Assembly (NCBI RefSeq): GCF_018350175.1
Contig: NC_058368.1
Coordinates: 181,538,001-181,602,000, forward strand
Source: Felis catus
Taxonomy: Eukaryota
Direction of reading: 5' to 3'
DNA: 64,000 bases
Under the pieces are notes generated by a model, which was given only the letters and a program-made list of their open reading frames with translations, did no database searches and was not told where the DNA came from. This document shows positions 51,381 to 64,000 of this stretch, piece after piece. How positions within the stretch are numbered: the first letter of the stretch is position 1; every line of letters begins with the position of its first letter. The translations under genes were made by a program, and so were the position numbers.

Positions 51381-54300
51381 AAATGTGAAGTGTTGAATAT
51401 ATATGTGGATATATTTGGTTCTTTTAAAAGCACAGTGGTCATCCTTCCTCATATGGCTTTGTAAGAATCGGCTTCGTTAGCATCAGCTGCACAAGTTACT
51501 CTTGCATGATGTAAAGCTCCCATCATCTGACATTTTGTTCTAAAAACTATTTTCAAAATGTCAGCAAGTCTCCAGACTTCAACTCACTGGTTAAGGCCTA
51601 CTCAAAATCTGCTACTAGCAACGACTTCGTGGTCGGTGTGGGTTCCCCCCCCCCCTCAGTGAATATTCATACAGGAAAGAGTTCACTGTTAAGATACCAA
51701 ATGAAGTGAAATTTTTTTTTCTTCCTTTTAATCCCACAACATATAAGATACCGATTTCTAGCTCCAGAAAATATTCACAAAGGCAAATCAGACTGAATGA
51801 AATTATAACGGAGGAGATAAAATATGGGCATTCCAACAAATGGCAGTAAAGCATATAAAAACCATTAATGATTTCCCACTACTGCTAATTTTGAATTCTA
51901 GGTAAAAGCAAACACAATTAGGAAAATCCATAAATTGTGTTTCTGTTTGCACGTTATTGCCAAGCAAATCATTTTAGAGCCATTGTCTCAATTACCCACA
52001 TCCATGTCATATCTAAGCCTCATCATGTTCATCAGGAAATAAAAGTTCACTCAATGCCTATAAGCACCACAGGACTATACTAATTTGGATTTCCCTAATT
52101 CACAATTTGAGGCTAGTTGATACAGATAACAAAGTTTACAATGACAGCAAGCAAACTGATAAAATGGACCATGCTTAAGGGAGTAAGTTTCTGGGCTTCT
52201 GCCTCTTACACTTCAAATCACACATTGCTGCAGTGTGGGCCACTTAGATTTGCTAGCTTAAAAGTACGGACAAGAGTTAAGAGCAGGACACTCAGAAAGT
52301 GTCAGGACATTAAGTAAAATTGAGCAAAAGGTCCTCAGAATGGTGGGTGACTAGTCCTAATGACTTGAATGCAACACACACAGAAAAGGAGGAAGGGCCA
52401 TTTTCGTAGCGTAACAGTGAGGGTACACATAGATAGGGCTAGGTGTCTGGGCAGGAGTGACAGCTTAATGAGCAAGGGGGCAAGAGTCCTCCCCCCAAAA
52501 GGCCCTACCAAGCTTAGAATGCACGGAAAAAAATCTTTTAGGAACACGTGTATCTATACACCCACAGCAACATTCTCACACGGTTTTCAGTGCTTTTATA
52601 CTAAGTCTGCTCATGGAGTTCAAATGTGCTAATATATAAGGAACTGTAGGCAGTGTTAACATTGCTTCATTTTTTCCCCCCAGTTTGCCACTTCATGAAG
52701 ATATTTTAACTACTTGTCATTGATCATGATTACACACAAGTGAGTACTCCTCATTAAAAACCTGGCACTAATACACAAATAATTATTGACACAATTAAGC
52801 TTTGACACTGTGCCCGTTAAATTCCTTTTGTCCTCACTATGCATCAGTCCCACACTTTTCTTTTTTAAAAAGAAGAAAATTATCTGTTTTAATCAGAGCT
52901 AAACTCTCTCAAGTTTGTTCACAGTATAAATATAAGGAAATGCTGAATTACTAAAAATAGCCAGTGCTCTATCCAGTATATTATTAGCATTCATAAAGGG
53001 GAAATGAAAAAGCAATGTTCAGACACTGAAGGACAGACATCTAACACAATAAAAAAGAATAATTCAGTATGAGAGTCCCCAAATAAGAGAAGTCTGTCAT
53101 TGCCAATGACTGCAAAGGCAGTGTGGTGACGGTTATTTAAACAGGCTATATGACTGTATGAACGTATAACCGAATATATTATCCACAACCTGTTTAATTT
53201 AATTTCCCAACTTCTTAAAGTTGACAGAGTTACATGTTTGCTAATATAGTCAGTGCATAATTACTTGGTCAGTATGAATATTTAACAAGTGTTGCAAAAG
53301 AATGATAACCATTTTTCTTTCTAAAATAAAAAAAAATGGTGAAAAAATTGTAAAGCCCTACACAATCATTCCCATCAAGAAACATAATACCATCTCCTCT
53401 CTTCCAAATATTGTTTAGGCCACATCTGCTTCAAGAAAGCTTGAAATATTATCATAGAAATGTTTGGATAATTAGCAATTAATTTCCGTTGACTGATATA
53501 CAATAAAAATAGAGCTGTGTATGCATGAAGCAAATCGCAGCGTGTGGTTTCCCTTCCCTCCTGATCACATTTCCACATGGGAAGAATCTGGTAGATACAA
53601 ATTCTAAAGCCAGTCTGAGTCAACCGAATGGAAAAAATCTACCAACTACATTACACTGAAACTGAAGGAGGCAGAAAACAAAATAGATGTCCCGATATAA
53701 ATATGGAAGAGGGTACTGCTGCCAAGCTCTACACCCCAGTCCTGCCCTGATGCACTCTGCAATCCACCTGGTTTTAATGGCAGGCAGAGAATAAAGCTTG
53801 AACGCTGATTTAAGTGTTTGTCTTTATTCTGCATTAAGCCATTGATAACAAGCATTTTAAAAGAATCCTTATTGCCCATATGTATACTGATCCCATCTGG
53901 TGTCACTCTGCCCTTCAGTCACCTGATACCTAAAGAATCAGAGGGCGCCTGGCTGACAAATCAGAAGGCAGAGCCAGAGACACTCAATGTGATTTACAAG
54001 CGCCCAACAGCAGTTCTGTCAGCACGCATATCACATACCCCACGCTATGTAAGATTCCATAAAAAGGGATTTTTTTTTTATTACAAAGCTCCTTAATATT
54101 CTCCAATTAATACTATCTGGCATTTATGTCTCAGGCAAAATCTGAGTATTTATTAATATGAAATATTTAGTGCCAGCTTCTAAGAACATAAAACTACCTG
54201 AGGTAACCATGGTGGTGAGGGGCAGGTATTAGCTACGGAGTGAAGACGGCAAATAAAGAATGAATTAAGAGTAATCAGATATTGTGTAAAGTAGTGTCTG

Positions 54301-54592
54301 TCAAATGTCAAAGCAGCATTAGAATTAGCATTGTATTCAATTTAGAATTTTGCCACTTTTCAGCTGAGAAACTTGGGGCAAGCCATTCAACCTTTATAAA
54401 AATAAGTCTCATCACCTGCGAAAAAGAGTGAAATCCTTTTTATGATGTTAGTGTGGTAATGAAGTGTAAAAATATATGTTAAAGTGACAAGCATCTTTCT
54501 TTCTAACCAATAATAAAGCTGTGCAGAACCAAGTGTCATGAAAGCAATTAATGGCATTTCTGAGATCATTACAATCTCTGGTTTTGACTTTT

Positions 54593-54813
54593 TTTTTTTA
54601 ATTTTTTTTTCAACGTTTATTTATTTTTGGGACAGAGAGAGACAGAGCATGAACGGGCAAGGGGCAGAGAGAGAGGGAGACACAGAATCGGAAACAGGCT
54701 CCAGGCTCTGAGCCATCAGCCCAGAGCCCGACGCGGGGCTCGAACTCACGAACCGCGAGATCGTGACCTGGCTGAAGTCGGACGCTTAACCGACTGCGCC
54801 ACCCAGGCGCCCC
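54593..54813 (-). mobile_element. Young feline SINEC_Fc
   Basis: CpG-rich; perfect 14-bp TSD tggttttgactttt (54579-54592, 54814-54827). Confidence 0.98.
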
Positions 54814-55429
54814 TGGTTTTGACTTTTCAGTCTTATTTACGTTTCTCTCATCCGGAATCTTTTTTTTTTTTTTCATATCTGTATCTTCTGTTGTGTACAT
54901 TCAATATGTCAGTTTCATGAAATCTTTTATAGTTTATGTAAAGGATAGACAAATTGTACATAAAGAATTACATTGGGCATTGTAATAAAGTTTTCTGTAT
55001 GACAAAATAATTTACTAACATTAGCTGGTGATTGACTTCACTCAGGGAAAAGTGTTTCTCATATAAAACTATATATGTCAGAAAGCCTCCTAAAATTTAT
55101 TTTACCAAGATCATTACAGATAAATAAAGAAGAGCTTACATCCAGAAGTTTATGAATTTGTTTGAAGTTCAGTGCTTTATGCCCTAAACTCTTTTTGACA
55201 TTTGGTTATACACCCAAGATGCAAATCTATATAGCATACAATTTGAAGGTTTACAGATCACAGAAAAATAGATGTTCCTTCTTTCAAAACAACTACCATA
55301 TAGGAAAACTATTTTAATTCTTATTGTCTTCCTCTTTGTATCGGCTGTGGAAATGTTGACACTTAAAGGCAGATCACATAAAGCAGAAGTGATAAAAGGA
55401 AAATAGATGTGCACAATAGATCACAGCAA

Positions 55430-55570
55430 CTTGGCCATACAAGTACAGTCATAGATGAAAAAACTGAGGCTCAGCCAGGTTCAATGCCTTGCCCAAAATC
55501 AGAGTTTCCAAGTGGCAGATGCAATTTATAAGACATTGGTCTACTACTACCTCAAGGTTCTTGCAACCAA
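55430..55570 (-). mobile_element. MIR relic
   Basis: atagatgaaaaaactgaggctcag...gccttgcccaa. Confidence 0.7.
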
Positions 55571-56713
55571 CCAAGTTGTCCCCTACATAAACATCAAATC
55601 ATTTCTGGGAAGTCGCTGAACTCCCTGTCCCTCATGCCAGCCCTGGGTCATGGAGGAGCTTCATTAAGAAATGTGTTCTGAGTCAATTAAAAAAAAAAAA
55701 AAAAAAGATTTTTTTTTTTCATTATCTTTCAAGTACTATATCTTGCTCTTAGAAACACAAGATATGCCATTTTACCTACAGCCAGATGCCTCTTTGATTC
55801 TTTTTTAGGTAAACATTTCTTTGATTCTTTTCTAAATCTTTGGAAGCAAACATTAGAGATCCGAGCAGACAGTAATGAGGCTGATTCTGCTGCTGCTTCC
55901 CTATGTCTAACTTTCAAGCAACATTGGCTAAATCACTTTATAATATTACTCTTGAAGTAGTTATTTCAGAATTTATAATATAAATATTTTAAGCTATTAA
56001 TATGAATAGACTTTTATTTTCTTGATTCTTAGTCTTAGAAAATGGATTAGATGAATTTTCTGGTCAGTTTGCTACCCCATCAAGAATGCAATGGCATCAA
56101 ATTTTGAAATGTGAAAATGGCTGATTGGTCTTTAATGAAAGACTCTAATTTATACCAGTTTCTTTGAAAACACATGACTAGTTTCTGTTAATAGCCTAAA
56201 TGATCACAGTTCCACCAATTAAACTTAACAAGCCAGTAGTCATTACAGCTCATATCAAGAAACAAATATATATTACTCACAACTATAAATATGGACTCAG
56301 AAAGGAAAAGTGATGGAATTAATGTGAATCACAATTCTTCATCTCCCTTACTCTAGATAAGTTCTAAACTAGATTAGGGTCTCTTGTATAGTCACACAGA
56401 AATCTCATGGCTTGAGTCAACTATCAAGCTGTAACAGTAACCAAACATCTGGGACACCTGGGGCAATTCCTAAATTTAGAACCTGCACATGTTTTATTTA
56501 TTCACTAGTGTTCTTCAAGTACAGGATGTAATAGGGTTCATTTCTTTTCTGCATAGTTTTATACTTATGAATTCACTTTTTACTTATGACAAATGATACT
56601 GATCTACTTATGGTACTAGCATAAAGTTTCCTTTTAAAAAGATTTTATATAAAAAGAAATGAGTCCAGTTTTAGTAAAAACATTAAGTAACATTGAAAAG
56701 GAGGGGAGGAGAT

Positions 56714-56950
56714 GGGGTACCTGGGTGGCTCGGTTGTTTAAATGTCCGACTTCGGCTCGGGTCATGATTTTGTGGTTCATGAGGCCCACATTGGGCTCTC
56801 TGCTGACAGCCCAGAGCCTGGAGTCTGCTTCGGATTCTGTATCTCCCTCTCTATCTGCCTCTCTTCCATGGTGTGCGCGCGCTCGCTCTCTCTCTCTCTC
56901 TCTCTCTCAAAAATAAACAAAAAAATAAAAAGAAATAAAAAAAAAAAGAA
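56714..56950 (+). mobile_element. Can-SINE
   Basis: ggggtacctgggtggctcgg head, (CT)n, A tail. Confidence 0.94.
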
Positions 56951-56993
56951 AAGGGTGAAGGAGAGATCAAAGAAAATAGAGGAGGTCTGTTGG

Positions 56994-57354
56994 TGCTATA
57001 GACTGAATTGTGTTCCCCTCCCCAAATTCATATGTTAAAGTCCCAATCTCCAATGCGATGGTATTTGGGGGCAAACCTTTAAGAGGTAATTAGGGTTAGA
57101 TGAGATCATGAGGGTAGCACCCTCATGATGGAATGGGTGGCTTTATAAGTAGAGGAAGAGAAAGATCCTTTTTGTCTACTATATGTGGGCACAAGTGAGA
57201 AGGTGGGAAGGCAGAAAGAGGACCCTCACCAAGAGCCAAATAACCTAGCACCTTGATCTTGCATTTTCCAGCCTCCAAAACTGTCAGAAGTATTTGCTGT
57301 TTAACCTACTCCATCTGTAGTATTTTGTCATAGCAGCCTGACAAGACTAATACA
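56994..57354 (+). mobile_element. MaLR solo LTR (MLT1A-like)
   Basis: tgctatagactgaattgtgttcccc..aaattcatatgtt start; tagcagcctga..agactaataca end. Confidence 0.9.
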
Positions 57355-58235
57355 GTCAGAGAATTTAGAGAAATATATAGAATAGAAACACAACCAACAC
57401 TCTGGGATGAAGGACACAATATGAGGAAGAGAATTGCCCACCATGAGGCTGGGATGAGCCACAAATTCAAATGAAATCAAATAGAAGGACTCCCCGAGGC
57501 TGCACTGAGCATGTACCACTTTTGGCCATCTTAGTAACAGGACCTATCCCCTTTACAATGTGAAAAAAAATAACATAGGAAGGAAGAAAAATAGAAGTGG
57601 CACAACATGCTATCTTAATTAGCTCCATCCCAAAGGTAGGTCTGGAGAAATCTGGACAGGTATAAGCAAAAACAAAAGCAAAACAATGAGCGAAAGATTT
57701 AACATGGCTACATTCCCAAGAGTTTCTGAACCATCGTGTTCCCCTGTTATTTCACCCACTGGTTTATTCACAACCAGTACTAAGAAACCAACCTAGTGAC
57801 ACTTCTATTGCTTTTCATCCATTCTATTAGTGTCAATACCTAGGAGGGAATTGGGGCTCACTCTCCTGAGGACCGAGGCTGCGGACCGGAGCAATGACAG
57901 CAGTGTGTTGATTAGTTCAACCAGAAAGAGTCAGACCACAGTGAGGAGGAATGAGATAAACCACACGTCAAATAATAAAAGCTCAGTTGGATTGATACAC
58001 AGATATGGGAAATATTTAAAGCAATACCTTAAGGGACTAAATTTAGAAAATATTGGTTTAATGGCAAGCTTTTAAAACATAAAATATAATAAATACATTT
58101 AAAAGTTAATCACCTTCTTTCATCAAATATAGAGGTCAGAAGTTGTCCATATTTGTGTAATATATTAATAAGTGGGGTGGGACATGAAGTTGGAAGCTAC
58201 TTTGTAACCTGTCTCATTAAAAATTGGTAATCCGT

Positions 58236-58348
58236 GGGGCACCTAGCTAACTCAATTGGTAGAGCATGCTACTCTTGATCTCAGGGTTGTAAGTTTGAGC
58301 CCCACATTAGGTGTAGAGATTACTTAAAAATATTTTTTTTTAAAAAAG
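58236..58348 (+). mobile_element. Short tRNA-Lys-derived carnivore SINE
   Basis: tRNA-Lys(CTT)-like head followed by the tagagattacttaaaaa SINE tail. Confidence 0.85.
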
Positions 58349-58536
58349 GAAAATCATTATGTACTAACATAATACTAGAAATAAAATTAATTTTTCCTTT
58401 TTTTACTTTATGCTTTATACTACTCTCAATGAACCAGGATAAATAACCAAGTTCATTATATACTTCTGTAAGAACTGTGAAAATACATGCCATTTGTTTA
58501 TCTTTTAAGAACCAAGGATATAAGGATTTACCTAAC

Positions 58537-58629
58537 GGAAGGAAGGAAGGAAGGAAGGAAGGAAGGAAGGAAGGAAGGAAGGAAGGAAGGAAGGAAGGAA
58601 GGAAGAAAGGAAAGAAGGAAGGCAGGCAG
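58537..58629. repeat. (GGAA)17 STR plus degenerate extension
   Basis: Seen directly. Confidence 0.97.
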
Positions 58630-60174
58630 AAAATTTTGATACATAAGACAGAATGAAATTTTCTATTTATTGGCAAACATTTGCTCTCAGTGGACCTATA
58701 ACTCTAAGCCAAATTTAAGCAAGTCTGTTAATAGCTTAAAAGTGTATGAGGGTTCTACTACTCACTTAAAGGTGAAGTGTAGTACTTAAATTATTTGATG
58801 AAATAAATTCATATATTGTTCCTGTTTTGAAAGTGTTACAAAACCAGGATCAGTTGTGACAGTCATAGAATGAGATTAATAAATAACAACAATAATAAAA
58901 ACCAAGCTCTAAACCCCAGAAAACCAATTTTGAAACAATTACAGACAACTATTATGGGGTGCCTCTAAACAGTTTTTGCTAAATTCCCTCAGCACAGCTC
59001 TGATGACAATAATGTGCACTGTGTATGCAATTCACTGCACACACTTGAAAATGTACTCTGCTGTATTTTGTATTAATGAATAAAGCTACCAGCTTAATAT
59101 ACCATCGTTAACAATAGAATCGTTCACAAGTGTGAGGGTACAATAATGTTTTTCCTTTGTGACTTCACATCCAGGAGAGAGGTAATTTTTTGTGTGGGTG
59201 TTTTAAAGTCATTACTGAGGCTTCTGTGGCTACTGGAGTTACACCATTATGCTTAAATTCAAGCTACCAAAAGCCTAGAATCAGGAGGGGAAATATGTAC
59301 TTAGAAGACAGTACTTTCTATATCCAAGATGGTAATGGTCCTTGGCAATGAAATCTGTGTTTGGCTACTAAAACAGTAAGAAAGGGGGTCAGAGACAGGT
59401 GAATAATGGTAGGTCTCTAACGTCTAAGTCAAAGAAATACTCAGCCTCAGTCAGGTCAGGCTCAGAATCTAATTCTGTTTTGACAGGCATTTTGTAAACT
59501 CTCCACTTGCTGAATGAAATCAACATTCCCGACAGAGTCCTCAGAAAAATAAAACAAGAAGTAGAATGTAACAAGTGTAAGTTGTAAAATATCTACTGCT
59601 AATAATGAATGCTAGGAACAGTCACCTAGTTAGAGAAGGCACTCACCCTTACTAATTTTTATCATTTCTCCTTTCAATGTTTCATTGGATTTTGTACACA
59701 TATGCCAAAAAAATCAAAATTCATTAGAAAAAGTGATGTCACCAAGATAATAGTTAGTGAAAAAGCTGTCCAATATCTGTCTATTAATGAGTCTTTGACC
59801 ACATCAACTGACAGTTTCTTTTTAAGTTTCATATTAAAACGTTTCTGCTGTTAAAGCAATTATTTTTTTCCAAATCAATAACCATTTCTTCTCTTGACTT
59901 TCAAGAATCCCAGCCTTGCTGTTATTGTTTATTTTCAAACATGTTATTTAAAATAGCAAAGTTGTCACTATATTTTGTTAAATAGCACTATTATATTTGA
60001 TAACTATTCGATGGATAAATATTCTGCAAACCACATTTCTGTAGAGGATCATGGCTTTCTATCTCTATGGTCTTGTAGTAAACATCCCTCAGATGTTCGG
60101 AAGCTCTCAAGTAGATATCACAATTTAAAACTTCTGAAATTAAAAAAGCAAAAAAAAAAAGATCTTTGGTTTTA

Positions 60175-60310
60175 ATTTAGTCTTAACTTTTACTGGTTTT
60201 GTGGCCTTGGGAAAATTACTTAATTTCTGGGCCTTCATTTCTCTTTCTGGAAAATGTGAATAATAGCATGGCTTCCACTGATTATTAGGGAAATTAAATG
60301 AAACAACCTA
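60175..60310 (+). mobile_element. MIR relic
   Basis: tgtggccttgggaaaattacttaatttctgggccttcatttctc. Confidence 0.7.
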
Positions 60311-61737
60311 TATGTTGAGACTACAGGTGGGGGGGGGAGGTCTTTTGGAGGTGACAGAGAAGATAAAACTGAAGTCCTGCAAACCAAATACAACAGAAAA
60401 GCTGAAGTGGCTAGCCAGCCAGGTTTATTTTTTGTTTTTGTCTCCTTTGTTTTTCCATTTGAGTGCCTTTAAACAATGCACCCACCTTCAAGTTTACACA
60501 ATCCCTTGCATTTGCAATAAATAATAGTTGGCAGGCTTACCATAATTCTGTCTGCCTTGCCTCCACAGGTATTTGAGTTTCAACTTTGGGCAGCAAGTCC
60601 TGCTTGAAAGGATCAGGATTCTCATCCCTTCTCTTCTATGGAGTGGTCAGATATGATCACCAGGTATACATAGGCTAAGCTGCCAGGTAACAAGAGTGAG
60701 CACCACCTTTCTGCAAACAAAATCCCATGCAGCATACCTCAGTCAGAAGGCACCCCTGGCAGAGCTGGGCAGGGCTGTGTGGCATGGCTCCCTGGATCAC
60801 AACAGCAGGAGACAGACAAGGATGCATGTGTCTGCCTCAGCTCTGACCTTCAAGTCCTTCTCCCTCCCTTGTTACCTTAGCCATTCACTGTCTTCAGACT
60901 TTATGTTCTCTCTCTCATCCTTCCTTTTCCTTCCCTCTTTCCTGGCCAGTGTTCAGCTTACCCACTTAGGGCTGTGCTGTGTATCTGCCTCCTGAACCAC
61001 ATGATTCTCTGATGACTATCTCTCCCTAATGCTGAATCCCTCTCTTCCCTGCATTTCAATCTGCTAGCATTGCCAAGTTCATGCCAGTGCTTTGCTAAAG
61101 GTTTCACACTCAGTGTCCTAGGAGAGCTTCCAGACTGTTTCCACTGAAGTTACCCTAGGCAAAGGAATGAACATATACCCCTGGGGGACCTGAGGGCTTA
61201 GCCCAAAGCAGCCCAAAGCAAGCCTAAAAGAGCTTTAAAGTATTATGTTTTGTTTTAAAAATTCATGTGAATTTTATATTCTGTTCCATAAATATCTCCA
61301 TATTTGTGTTACTATTAAAATAGTACATCTCCCCAATTTGTTGAGTAAAACTGATGCTCCTGGAAGATGTGTCATGTTAATCCTACGATATTTTGTACAT
61401 ATTGTTATAGCATCATCTACCCTCTAGAAATTTACATATCCAAGTAGGGGTGGACTTCTTCAGTCTTGGTATTTCTTTCCACATGAAGGGTGATCTATTA
61501 ACATAATTTCCCTGGCAACTCTGAGTATACCTCCCTCCCCCAGTATCTTCCAACGGGAGGCCAGAAGACTTAGTCTGCTTGGTAAATTTGAAAGGAAGAA
61601 CTACTCAGCCATCACCCAGTCCCTTTCTCTCTCTTCTATTCGCTGTCTCTCTCTCCTTCCCTCCCTCCTTCTCCTCCTCTCCCTTTCCCCCTCCATAGGA
61701 AGCTTCTCACAAGATACACAATGCTACTTTCTCTAGA

Positions 61738-61741
<4 letters not shown>

Positions 61742-61768
<27 letters not shown>

Positions 61769-61963
61769 GCATTTACTTATTTTTTGAGAGACAGAGCGCA
61801 AGTGGGAGAGGGGCAGAGAGAGAAGGAGTCACAGAATCTGAAGTAGGCTCCAGGATCTCAGCTGTCAGCACAGATCCCAACGTGGAGCTCAAACTCATGA
61901 ACTATGATATCATGACCTGAGCCGAAGTTGGACACTTAACCAACTGAGCCACCCAGGCACTCC
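61742..61963 (-). mobile_element. Can-SINE
   Basis: T26 tail, reverse body and head; TSD core tagatc. Confidence 0.95.
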
Positions 61964-61999
61964 TAGATCATGTTTGAAAGGACTTGTCCAAACTCTCCG

Positions 62000-62170
62000 T
62001 ATGATGATAGAGGTCAGAACAGGGCTTACCTTCAGGAGGGAACCTTCTGGGATGCTGGGCAGTTGCTGTATCTAGGTGGTGGCTACACATGTATGTACAC
62101 ATCCAAAATATTATCAAGCTGTAGAAGACTTTTTACTTTTTGTAAGTTGTATAACGCTGAAAAATTTTAA
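62000..62170 (+). mobile_element. Ancient L1M 3' fragment
   Basis: atagaggtcagaacag..ttacc...gggaaccttctgggatgctgg...ggtggtggctacac. Confidence 0.65.
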
Positions 62171-62222
62171 ATTGCAGTAACAACAACAAAAACCTAATTT
62201 TTTTTTAAAAGAGGGGTTTGAT

Positions 62223-62387
62223 GGGGCGCCAGGGTGGCCCAGTCAGTTAAGCATCCGATTCTGGCTCAGGTCTTGATCTCACGGTTCATGAGCTGGAGCC
62301 CCACATCGGATTCTGTGCTGACAGCTCAGAGCCTGGAATCCATTTCAGATTCTGTGTCCCTCTTTCTCTGCCCCTCCCCTCTACCTC

Positions 62388-62434
<47 letters not shown>

Positions 62435-62460
62435 AATAAATAAACATTTAAAAAATGTTT
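62223..62460 (+). mobile_element. Can-SINE
   Basis: Head, body, (CT)n and A tail; degenerate TSD aaaagaggggtttgat / aaaaagggggggtttggt. Confidence 0.95.
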
Positions 62461-63689
62461 AAAAAGGGGGGGTTTGGTACTTCTTCCCCCTGAGGCATTT
62501 TTATGAAATTCCAAATTCTGTCTATGTCTAGCAGAGCATGTTTTTCCACTTCTGTTTTCTAATATCAGTTTTATCAGTAAAGAGGGTATTATTTTGATCT
62601 AATATTCTCTACCTTTTTGTTTGTCTGTTGATTCAGAACTCTGAAATACTGTTAATCAGTGCTACTCTAAAGGGTCTCAGTAACTAGGATGGAGATCCCT
62701 TAAGCAAAGAGCTGGCTGGCCCATACCCTTCCCTATAGTGCAGGGTATGTGAGTTTGTGGCCTAGGACTCACAGTGGTATCTGAGACAAAGCCCAAGTCA
62801 GAGCTATATGCTCTGTCATAGGTTCTAGGACACAGGCTCTCAATAAGGACTGTCACCACCAGATAGGTAGGAATTCGATTACCCCACTCTAAAGTCAGGA
62901 AAACAATTAGCCCAAACACAGCTTAGCATGTAGTAGGTATTTCAAGAAGTGTCATTCTCTTCACCTTCTATTCCTTGATTTGAGCTTTTGTATCCCTACG
63001 GAAAATAAGTAACCAATGTATTATATAAAAACTACATTTTCAAGAAAAAATAAAAATATCTGCAACATGGTAAGAGAATTTCTAGATATCTAACCCTTCA
63101 TCAATGTTTTAACCTAACCACACGGAGATATTGCTAAGCCAGGAAGCATTTTGTTCTATGCCATTTTCACAGAGAATATCAACAGAAATTTGGTGACAGC
63201 CTACAAAACTACATGCAGACATGGTCAGAGTTCAAGTTATGCTTAATTACGGGCTGTCAGTTACCAAGTGGGAAGTTCAAAATGCAACAGTTAACCAACA
63301 TACGTGCTAACCTATTCCACAAGAAGAGAAACATTTTTTAAACAGCATTTAACATTTGCTACAAAGCCCTGGAAAGAAGCCAGAGGAAAATAAACAATTA
63401 AAAGATCGTTTCAAGTGACAAATCTACTTGTCTGAGCAAATAAGAGGATGGGACTAGCATTTGGAATGTGTGGGTATCCCAAGGAAAGTGGTGATAAACA
63501 CTCACCACAGACTTTGCTGAATCACTGTCACTATGTGGTGGGAGACAAACAGGGCTGGGTGGTCCCACCCAGCTAACCCAGGCTGTGCTGACAGGATGCA
63601 GGCAGAACTTTTCAGATTGGAAACAGAGATTGAAACTGCCAATGACATTTGGCTGAGAGCATAACTTTGGAAGCCATATTGCCCTGGGG

Positions 63690-63870
63690 TCACACAGGAC
63701 CTTGTGAATGATCCAACCGCTCTGTGCCTCAGTTACCTCATCCATAAATTAAGAATCATCCCAGTACCTACCTCATGCTGTTGTGAGCATTACATGGCTT
63801 AATAAATGTAAATGCACTTAGAACTAGGCCTGACACATAGTCATCACCATCTGTGTTAGCTACTATTATT
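63690..63870 (+). mobile_element. MIR relic
   Basis: ctctgtgcctcagttacctcatccataaa...gtacctacctcat..tgttgtgag.atta...gcacttagaac. Confidence 0.8.
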
Positions 63871-64000
63871 TTTGTCTGCCCAAACTAAGATGTTTAGGAA
63901 ATCTCTTCATTAGTAGCACCATCTGCAGATTATAAACACACACACATATACACATAATGATCTATATTTCTATGTCTATATAAACCCATTAAAATTCCTG

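Noticed and set aside
55689..55719. A18 followed closely by a T run (terminator-like hairpin)
   Set aside because: Adjacent homopolymers; intrinsic terminators are not relevant in mammalian DNA
58236..58315. tRNA-Lys(CTT)-like sequence
   Set aside because: Degenerate stems and B box, a GGGGC SINE start and a SINE tail; it is a tRNA-derived SINE, not a tRNA gene
59389..59574. ORF with the acidic stretch PVKTELDSEPDLTEAEYFFDLD
   Set aside because: No recognised homologue and no convincing splice-site pair; short ORFs are expected by chance (a blastp/tblastn search would settle it)

Overview
Mammalian (felid) genomic DNA, AT-rich and non-coding, with no recognisable protein-coding exon, RNA gene, CRISPR array or prokaryotic feature. 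The clade call rests on young feline Can-SINEs (SINEC_Fc type) and a 5'-truncated felid L1. The window holds about 16 tRNA-derived Can-SINEs, one 1.9 kb young L1 3' end, several old L1M fragments, six MaLR/ERVL solo LTRs, DNA-transposon fossils (MER58B, MER103C, a Tigger MITE), many MIR/L2 relics and microsatellites. The L1/LTR orientation bias and A>T homopolymer skew suggest, by inference, an intron of a large minus-strand gene that I cannot identify. The most notable structures are serial re-use of one retrotransposon target site (stacked SINEs at 19.1-20.1 kb; SINE plus L1 at 5.7-6.2 kb), close inverted SINE pairs, a TATA/CRE/CCAAT promoter-like cluster at about 51.1-51.4 kb, two candidate small minus-strand exons and an AT-rich palindrome. 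I found no evidence of a genuinely novel biological system. Repeat subfamily names come from recalled consensus similarity, not from a search, and boundaries of old repeats are approximate.
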